DNA of 63,448 bases, filler included, from Octopus bimaculoides (taxonomy: Eukaryota): assembly GCF_001194135.2 (NCBI RefSeq). It is 6 parts of 6 records of this genome, joined end to end, with 100 filler letters (N's around TTAATTAATTAA, not from the genome) between each part and the next. Parts side by side here need not be neighbours in the genome. Positions count along the whole stretch, not along the records: positions 23,683 to 54,680 come from NC_068988.1; positions 54,781 to 62,338 come from NW_026378997.1; positions 62,439 to 63,448 come from NC_068999.1; 3 more parts are not named here. One strand, 5' to 3'. The notes beneath the pieces are model-generated. The model searched no databases and had not been told where the DNA came from. It worked only from the letters and a program-made list of their open reading frames with translations. The translations under genes and the position numbers were made by a program. The number at the start of each line of letters is the position of its first letter. The stretch's first letter is position 1. Shown here piece by piece: positions 54,518-63,448 of the stretch.

Positions 54518-54680
54518 TTTGACTTGATTTTGTGGAACTCTTTTTGCTCCTAGACTCCAACCTACCATGGTTTTTATGAAATGAACGGATCTTTTCCTTT
54601 TGGTCGGCAGATCGATAAATTAATTTTTTTTAACTAAGCACTTTGAAACTTCGTATACTGGTAGAATGTGTTATATAGAA

Positions 54681-54780
54681 NNNNNNNNNNNNNNNNNNNN
54701 NNNNNNNNNNNNNNNNNNNNNNNNTTAATTAATTAANNNNNNNNNNNNNNNNNNNNNNNNNNNNNNNNNNNNNNNNNNNN
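54681..54780. other. Artificial scaffold-joining spacer
   Basis: 44N-TTAATTAATTAA-44N. Confidence 0.95.
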
Positions 54781-55724
54781 TCGCTCGAATGATTTTCTAA
54801 CGTGCCACCAGCACAAGTGGTAGAAGGCAACGCTGATAACGATTATGCTCAAATGGTGCTATTTACGGGCCACTAGCACGGTATATTTGTGACTAAGTCA
54901 CTAACAGAAATAACTGGATTTATTGTTGAGGAAAATACCATTTACTTGCTTAAGGGTTGTTCTGGGTAAAGTGTGAAAATAACCGTAACTGTTCAAATAC
55001 TAAGAAATAAACATACTCAACTTTATTTATAAAGAAAAATGAATGGGTTATTTCCCCTTGGCCATTAAAGGAAAATGGTTGGGTTATATCTAGAGGTCAT
55101 AGCTGGCCAATTATAGATTTTTATCAAACTGCAATGAGCCTAGTAACAAACTGGATGTTACTTTAATATGTATGCAAAGTTTCACGAAGATTCATTAACG
55201 AGTGTAGAAAGCAACTTGACACAAACAGACTGCCGTTTGTGTGTGTGTGTGTGTAAATAAGAAATGGAAAACAAAACAATAAATTGAACAATTATATATT
55301 CAATTCAGTTTAAATTTTTTATACAAACAAATGACACATCTCATAAATTACAGCTGCTTCTGCTTCATGAATAAAACGAAATTTTTCACGAATAATCAAA
55401 TCCGTTTAAATATGTAATGATTCTCCATCAGATAGACATATCTGCCTAAATATTTGAAGAAAACTATCAATTGAAAGTATTAATAATTGCTAAGGCTTTA
55501 CGAAAACGCTTTATAAGAGTGAGCTTAATCATAAATAAGTAAATAATCTAACTGAAATTACGTAAATACCTAAATTTAAATCTATAAATATTCCATTCTA
55601 TAATCGATTTTATTGCACAGTACATACGTTCATATACACATATTTATATATACTTATATATATATATATACACACCTATCATTTATATATACATAATACA
55701 TATTCACATACACAAGTTTAGTTA

Positions 55725-55776
<52 letters not shown>

Positions 55777-57588
55777 TCTATCTCTCTATCTCTTATATAT
55801 ATATATATACAATTTGCATACATATACAATTCATACACACATGTATCTATTTATGTCAAAACATTATTTTATGTATCAAATATTATGAATCTGTCTATTA
55901 GAATGCAGGGTAGATAACTATTTTCCCATTTATAGAAACAAAAACAAAAACAAAACCAACTCGACATGGTCAACGAAAATAAAAACATTTAAATCTATAC
56001 ATACAACAAAAACAAAGTAATACAATACAAACGAAACGTCCCACATACGAACAACGAGGCAAAACAACAAATTAAATAAGATAAATACGCTATATCTAGA
56101 TATATATACCCCATTATTCATTTCCTCACATACTTATAAACAAAACGAAAAACGAAACCAACTCTATACGGACATAGAAAAATAAATATATATGTGCATA
56201 TANNNNNNNNNNNNNNNNNNNNNNNNNNNNNNNNNNNNNNNNNNNNNNNNNNNNNNNNNNNNNNNNNNNNNNNNNNNNNNNNNNNNNNNNNNNNNNNNNN
56301 NNNNNNNNNNNNNNNNNNNNNNNNNNNNNNNNNNNNNNNNNNNNNNNNNNNNNNNNNNNNNNNNNNNNNNNNNNNNNNNNNNNNNNNNNNNNNNNNNNNN
56401 NNNNNNNNNNNNNNNNNNNNNNNNNNNNNNNNNNNNNNNNNNNNNNNNNNNNNNNNNNNNNNNNNNNNNNNNNNNNNNNNNNNNNNNNNNNNNNNNNNNN
56501 NNNNNNNNNNNNNNNNNNNNNNNNNNNNNNNNNNNNNNNNNNNNNNNNNNNNNNNNNNNNNNNNNNNNNNNNNNNNNNNNNNNNNNNNNNNNNNNNNNNN
56601 NNNNNNNNNNNNNNNNNNNNNNNNNNNNNNNNNNNNNNNNNNNNNNNNNNNNNNNNNNNNNNNNNNNNNNNNNNNNNNNNNNNNNNNNNNNNNNNNNNNN
56701 NNNNNNNNNNNNNNNNNNNNNNNNNNNNNNNNNNNNNNNNNNNNNNNNNNNNNNNNNNNNNNNNNNNNNNNNNNNNNNNNNNNNNNNNNNNNNNNNNNNN
56801 NNNNNNNNNNNNNNNNNNNNNNNNNNNNNNNNNNNNNNNNNNNNNNNNNNNNNNNNNNNNNNNNNNNNNNNNNNNNNNNNNNNNNNNNNNNNNNNNNNNN
56901 NNNNNNNNNNNNNNNNNNNNNNNNNNNNNNNNNNNNNNNNNNNNNNNNNNNNNNNNNNNNNNNNNNNNNNNNNNNNNNNNNNNNNNNNNNNNNNNNNNNN
57001 NNNNNNNNNNNNNNNNNNNNNNNNNNNNNNNNNNNNNNNNNNNNNNNNNNNNNNNNNNNNNNNNNNNNNNNNNNNNNNNNNNNNNNNNNNNNNNNNNNAT
57101 ATATATATATATATATATATAGTCAATCCAAATATGAACAAGCAAGAAAAACAACAATGCGAGTACGTGGAATAAGTACAATGTTATTGGAAGCTCAGAA
57201 AAGGAAAGAAAAGAAAGAGGATTTCATGTTTTGAGCGGAGCTCTTTATCAGAAATATAGAAATAGTCCAAAGAAGGGAGACAGAGAAAGAAAATCGCCAA
57301 AAGTTAAATTAGTCAGGAAAACAATTCGTCAAAGTAGGACAATGGCATTTAAATTAATTTAATTCAATCTAAGTTAAATTAACAACAATAACAGTAATAC
57401 ATTATTAGTAGAGATAATAACAAAAAGCTAATAGTGGTAAGCTACCGATTGCCAGCTTTTTCCAAACAGGACATTCGTGTAACCACAATTCCAGCTCCTG
57501 TTTGAACTGGAATTTTGGTGGCCAATCTATTGTAGTACTCAGAACACATACCTATTAGTTTGGGTTACCTTGACCTAAACTCATCTTC

Positions 57589-57622
<34 letters not shown>

Positions 57623-58109
57623 CCTTGTGAGTAGATGGGAACTGAAAGAAGACCTTCATACATATGTACGTATGTATGCTTATATGCATTCATATGTACA
57701 TATGTATGTATATGTGTGTAACGGTTAATGTTTTGGTTGTAGCGATGTGGGTTGCCAGTGTAACGGTTGTATGATGAACGATGAACAGTGATCGAAGTTG
57801 TAAAGAAATATTTATTTACCGTTACTTTAATAAATGCCATACCACGACGGGTAGGTTAGTGTAATAGTATAACACAGTTCGTAAAGCATGCAAGGTAAAG
57901 AAAGTTAATTTCGGCCTGTATATGTGTTTACACGTTCGCATAGTAGTATTTATATATATAGAGAGATGGTAGTGTTACAGAGAAAAGGAAATGAGCTAGT
58001 GATAGTTATAGGGTGTGCGACATTGTCTCACAGTGGCTGACAGTAAACTTCATTTCTCCCTCTGACCAAGGTTGTAGCTGGTCAGCCAGACTTCGTTGTC
58101 ACTGAGTCG

Positions 58110-58222
58110 TCACCGACTGGTGACTGAACTGTCAAGTCATCACCGACTGGTGACTAAACTAGTGGTGTCGTCACCGACTGGTGACTAAACTAGTTGAGTT
58201 GTCACCGACTGGTGACTAAACT
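58110..58222. repeat. Four 30-31-bp tandem units, each with hairpin (G/A)TCACC-GACT-GGTGAC
   Basis: TCACCGACTGGTGACT(G/A)AACT at 58110, 58140, 58171 and 58202, with variable 9-10-nt linkers. Confidence 0.9.
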
Positions 58223-58554
58223 CCATTTTTCTTGGGGTTTCCTTGCTTTTATAGCTATCTAGAAGGATAGATATATTATTGAGAACAATAGATTTAACTG
58301 GTGGTCTTGTTATCTCTATTCTAGATTTTAGTGATGTAGAAGAGGTTAGAAAGGGTCAAGTGGTGAAGACATTGTTTCGGCCTAGCTAAAGGCATCTGGA
58401 AAATATTAAACTGCTGTCAGAGAAAAACTATTGTTCCACCGTGGGAAAAGTTCTGTTGCAGTGTTGATTTAAATTTGGCTATGGTGGATCGAATCTACTT
58501 CATGCATGCAAGATCCACTACATGTGCATACGTGTGTTTGTGTGTGTATGGTGA

Positions 58555-59178
58555 GTAGGGCATCGTTTCCTGTTCAAACTGCTCCAGCCTTTGGAATATC
58601 ATTCTCACTCCATGTGGCTGAGCATTATCCTGATGGAAGAATACCTTTTATCTTGAAACCAAAGATGGTCATTTTCTGATGGCATGCAGGTATCAATGAA
58701 TGGTTGGATGTCCAAATCCAAGCTTCTCTGCTAGTTCCTCAACAGTTACGGTGGGAATTTATTCCACCAGAGTTTACTGTACATCCTCATTGGGTTTTAC
58801 AGATCTACCAGGACAAAGCTTATCTTCTAGCCTATAGTTTCCGGCTCGGAATTTCTGCAACCACCATTGACACTGACTTACGCTTATTGTCCGATCTCCA
58901 TATGCTGCATTAATATTCCTTGCACTTTCCGTTGTGTTGCTGGCTTTATTGAACTCATAAAGCAAAATATGCTGAATATGCTCCTTTGTCATTTCCATTA
59001 TAGCTTTGATAAATAACTGTTAAAATCGAACTGCATTTCTCAAAGCTTGCACCAAGAATAAGGACAAGGTAAAATTACTACCTACTTTTATAGCAAGTTG
59101 ATGCAGGTACTTTACCCTGTCCCCCTTCGACTTTTAGCTCACACAATTGAAAAAAAACTGCATTATTTATGGGATGAC

Positions 59179-59182
<4 letters not shown>
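58555..59182 (-). mobile_element. Internally deleted mariner copy (same family as 37145-38369)
   Basis: MEMTKEHIQHILLYEFNK..RSVKPNEDV. Intact TIR GCATTATTTATGGGATGACCCAA|TA. Confidence 0.88.
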
Positions 59183-59223
<41 letters not shown>

Positions 59224-59540
59224 TCCATGGAACAAATTAAATTTGTGTTCGTGGGAAGAGCCATTTTAACGATGTGTCCTGCCCTAACTCTTCGAAACGC
59301 CAGTGTTTTAATGGTGGCAGCTGATGAAGGATATGTTCTCTATGTGGCCTGCGTGCTTCTGTACCTTGTTTATCATTTTGTCTATGTTTTTTTGCAGCGT
59401 CATGTACCCAGATATGTATCTATATGTACATGTAGATGAAGGTATATACATACATGTAGATGAAGGTATGTACATACATGTACATATATATGCATATACT
59501 CATATATTGTTTATATATATATATATATATATACGCACAC

Positions 59541-59772
59541 ATCTGTGTGTCTGTGTTTCTCCCCACCCCACTACAGCTTGATAATAGGTCTTGTTGTGTT
59601 TAGGTCCCCATAACTTGGCAGTTCAGCAAAAGAGACTGATAGAATAACTACCAGGCTTTAAAGAAAAAAACAAAAAGAACTAGGGTTGATTCATTCAACT
59701 AAAACTTTTCTTCAAGGTGGTGCCCCAACTTGGCCACAGTTTAATGATAGAAACAAGCAAAAGATAAAAGAT
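59541..59772 (+). mobile_element. CORE-like SINE 3' half
   Basis: Matches 49750-49964. Confidence 0.7.
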
Positions 59773-60149
59773 AATTTATGACAGTACTTGCATACATGTT
59801 AACATAAATTTCAGGTTTGGTTATTATCAATGTAGAAGAACCAAATCCAGAAAAAAAAGTCTCTAGTCAGCACAGTTTATCCAGCACAGTACTGCTGGTA
59901 ATCCACCTCAAGGAAGAACCTGTTTACACTATGTGAAGCTACAAGAAAGCCTTCAGAATATGTGTATTGCTTGATGGGAGAACCACAAGACTGTAACAAA
60001 GTTTCTTGTTGGCATCAGAGGGAATATATGACTTAGTCATCAACATTAAAGAAAAATAAATATCCATGTTAGGAGTCCTATCAATCTGAACACATCAAGT
60101 ATTGTCAATAAAATGACTGACTTAAATTTTTTTCGTTTCATTGTTTTAT

Positions 60150-60300
60150 TTTAGCTTATTCTTTATCTTATATTTGTTTCAGTCATTTGACTGCAGCCAT
60201 GTTGCAGCACCACCTTCAAGGGTTTTAGTCAAAGAAATTGACCCCAGGAATTACTTTTTTAAGCCTAGTACTTATTCTGTCGGTCTCTTTTGCCGAACTG
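60150..60300 (-). mobile_element. CORE-like SINE 3' end
   Basis: Reverse complement of the CAGTTCGGCAAAAGAGACC..GGGGTCAATTTC tail. Confidence 0.7.
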
Positions 60301-61056
60301 CATATTTGCCTGGAAAAAAAGGTAAGCCATTCAATGATGCAGAACTCATAAAGGAATGTATTTTAAAAGAGGTAGGATATATAGATCCCGATAAAGTTAA
60401 CAAATATCAAGAGGTGCCTCTTTCAAGGACTAATACAGCGCAACATGAATTGGCCTGTAATGTAACAGAGCAATTGAAAAATATAATCCAAAAAGAAAAT
60501 GTATATTGCTCAGTAGCTTTGGATGAATCGACAGATTCCACAGATTCAGCACAAGTATTTTATTCGTGCTATAACTGATGATTTTCAATTATATGAAGAA
60601 TTATTTGCTTTAGGCACCCTTAAAGGAAGGACACGAGGGTTAGATATTTTTAACAACTTCAAAAAGCAATGTCATAAAGTAGGACTAAATTTTACTGCAT
60701 TATTTACATTGGACAGATATGTGTCCTCATCTTGTTTATTGTTACCACAACGTTTTGGTTGATTTACTCTCCAGCCTTCATCAGGTGTTTTGGTAGAATC
60801 TTAAACCCAACCATTGATTCTTATTCCTAAGGTATTTTTTGGCAGATGTTATTGTTGTTATTATTATTATTATTATTTATTCAAGGCACTGTCTGGAATT
60901 GAATTCGCAATCTTGAGGCTAGTAACCCGCACACTTAACCATTACACTATATTTGGTGTGTGCACGGATGGTGCTCCAGCTATGATGGCTGAAAACGGAG
61001 GATTTATTGCACATCTTAAAAAAGTAACCAAAGAACCTGATTTCTTTTCATTGTAT
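60301..61056 (+). mobile_element. hAT (Charlie/SPIN-like) transposase fragment, interrupted
   Basis: KPFNDAELIKEC..VPLSR..SVALDESTD; FIRAI..EELFAL..TRGLDIF; IFGVCTDGAPAMM (two catalytic Asp motifs). Confidence 0.85.
60744..60789 (-). ncRNA. Degenerate minimal hammerhead motif (copy of the 10530 family; repeat spans 60703-60850)
   Basis: Minus strand AACAC-CTGATGA-A-GGCTG..CAACC-AAAA-CGTT-GTGGT. Confidence 0.55.
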
Positions 61057-62157
61057 GGTCCAGATAGAGGATATGTAAACGGAACCCTTCACCGCTTAAT
61101 TTTTTTTTACATAATCCCACGTTTTAGGGTATGGAGATTCCGATTCTGAAAAAAAATTTTCAAAAATCGCAACTTCAAATTTTCAACCCCGCCACCTCCC
61201 CATTTCTTCANNNNNNNNNNGCTATGATGGCTGAAAACGGAGGATTTATTGCACATCTTAAAAAAGTAACCAAAGAACCTGATTTCTTTTCATTGTATGG
61301 TCCAGATAGAGGATATGTAAACGGAACCCTTCACCGCTTAATTTTTTTTTACATAATCCCACGTTTTAGGGTATGGAGATTCCGATTCTGAAAAAAAATT
61401 TTCAAAAATCGCAACTTCAAATTTTCAACCCCGCCACCTCCCCATTTCTTCATTTTTCACTTTTTCCGGAAATTTTTTTGGTCGAAATACGTACAAAAAT
61501 ACAGAGATTATGATTCTGAAAAAAAAAAATTGTTTGTAAAATTTCAATTTTTCAAAAAAAAAACAAAAAAAAACCCTCAAGCGGGCAACACATTTTCAAT
61601 TATAACAGCTTCTAGTGTTGCTGCGCTTATGTCGGGTTCATGCTGTAGAAATCCTTTTTTCACAGTGGTGTCATAGCATCTGACAACCCACGTTTGATGG
61701 CCTAATATCGCCCGATGATCCAGTCACATATTTTAGCCTTCTTTTGATACGGGACCAATAGGCCTCAATGTGGTTCATGCACGCGCCAGTTTCAGGGTCG
61801 ACGAAATTCTTTGAATGGTTAACCGTTCTGTGAATGTAACCCAGCTGTTGTAAGTTCCTATAGTTGGCCCATTTGTCTGTGTTATAGTACCGAGAAACAC
61901 ATTTTCAATTATAACAGCTTCTAGCGTTGCTGCGCTTCTGTCGGGTACATGCTGTAGAAATCCCTTTTCCACAGTGGTTTCATAGCACCCGACAACCCAC
62001 GTTTGATGACCAATTCTCCTTACGTGGCTCTTCCTTTTAAAGAGCAAGCTCTCATCTATTTCTACCTCATGGGTCCAGATGGAGGATTGCGGAAGTTTAT
62101 CCTCGCTAAACCCCACCGGCGCGGCTTCCTCGAACACACTTCTCGACAAAACTCATA
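61057..62157 (-). mobile_element. Merlin (IS1595/ISXO2-like DDE) transposon fragment
   Basis: VEIDESLLFKRKSH..WVVG..VPDRSAATLEAVI..TDKWANY..TVNHSKNFVDPETGACMNHIEAYWSRIKR. The putative TIR begins GGTCCAGATAGAGG. Confidence 0.85.
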
Positions 62158-62338
62158 TGTTTTTGCAACTTAAAAAAAAAAAAGAGTATTTTAATTTCAG
62201 TTTGTCATATTACTGCAGGAAATTACTCTGAAAGAAATCTTTGCAGAAAGGTGAGTAGATTGATTACACATTTCTTTCATTATATATATTATCGCAGTTT
62301 TGTGAGATTTGGCTGTTATTTCTAGCATGTGAATAGCC

Positions 62339-62438
62339 NNNNNNNNNNNNNNNNNNNNNNNNNNNNNNNNNNNNNNNNNNNNTTAATTAATTAANNNNNN
62401 NNNNNNNNNNNNNNNNNNNNNNNNNNNNNNNNNNNNNN
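62339..62438. other. Artificial scaffold-joining spacer
   Basis: 44N-TTAATTAATTAA-44N. Confidence 0.95.
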
Positions 62439-62469
<31 letters not shown>

Positions 62470-63448
62470 GTATGCCCATGTATATATGAATGTATAAGTA
62501 TTTCTCAAAAACTCTCTCTCTCTATATATGTATATATATATGCATATATATATACACATCACTTATATATGCATATGTATATATGTGCACATATGTGTAG
62601 GGGTGTATGTATGCTTTTATGCATGAACACACACATACAAATATATATATATATATATATATGTGTGTATGTATAAATACATTTGTATGTGTGTGTATAC
62701 ACATATATATATATATACATATGCATGTATATATATATATTTATATATATATATCTATATATATATACATACACATATTACATGTGTTATGCATGCACAT
62801 ATAATAGAATGAGAGAGCGAGAGAATGAAAGAAACAAAGTGAAAGAGAAATAGAAAGTTAGAAAGAGATAGAGAGAGAGAGGAAGAAAGAACGATAATGG
62901 AAGAGAAAGAATGACAGAGAGAGCGAGAGAGTGAGAGTGAAAGAAAGAGATTTAGATAGAGGAGCAGAGAGATAGAAAAGAATGACAGAGAGGTATTATA
63001 TTAACCCGGTTTTTATCAACGAACTAAAATCAGAATTTCTAACTAAAGCGACGCATTGTAAAATTGTGGAAATGATGAAAAGATGACAGGAGAATTTTGA
63101 GGATTTGAATACAAATGAATAGGAATATGTCCAGGCATTATTGAGGAACAAATGTTCCCCCCTGCAAGGCTTCGATTTTGATCGGAAATTGAAAAACAGA
63201 GAAGAAGGGAAAAGACAAAAGAACATATTCGATAATTGACAGCCAAATTAATTAAATGGAAATCAAACGATTTTCATCCAGACATTACCCCGTGGTAAAA
63301 ATATACATACGGGCCTAGGTGTGTGTGTGTTTGTGTGTGTTTGTGTGTTTGTGTGTGAGTAGTGCTTCTGTGCTGTTGTGTGTGCGTGTGCGTGTATGTC
63401 ATTTTCCGTGCGTGTATGTGTGCATATATATATATATGTATATATATA

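Noticed and set aside
58110-58222. CRISPR array
   Set aside because: Eukaryotic context, linkers only 9-10 nt and mutually similar, no cas genes.
59290-59345. GAAAC..CTGATGA as a type II hammerhead
   Set aside because: No NUH triplet with compatible stems could be built.
60979-61452. 230-bp tandem duplication
   Set aside because: Identical copies either side of a 10-N gap; overlap artefact.

Overview
AT-rich, microsatellite-saturated animal genomic DNA. The SINE families, R4/Dong LINEs, Penelope-like elements (PLEs) and simple repeats point to an octopod cephalopod; this is an inference from repeat content. The window is not contiguous: five 100-bp spacers (44N+TTAATTAATTAA+44N) join six separate pieces (1-4782, 4883-14960, 15061-23582, 23683-54680, 54781-62338, 62439-63448). 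One host gene is well supported. It has four in-phase coding exons (39197-49302, + strand) encoding signal peptide + vWA (intact MIDAS) + CBM14 chitin-binding domain, a Pif/BMSP-type architecture, and is 3'-incomplete. The rest is transposon debris: R4/Dong non-LTR elements at (TAA)n tracts, a near-full-length PLE and two PLE fragments, Tx1/L1, RTE and CR1 fragments, Helitron helicase, mariner, hAT, Merlin, and tRNA-derived SINEs. Two results stand out. First, at least six type I hammerhead-ribozyme motifs of four or more families are present, plus one weak candidate. Second, four Tx1/L1-type junctions share the same ~18-bp site, lying 8 nt upstream of a hammerhead core, which suggests a LINE that targets a ribozyme-bearing repeat.
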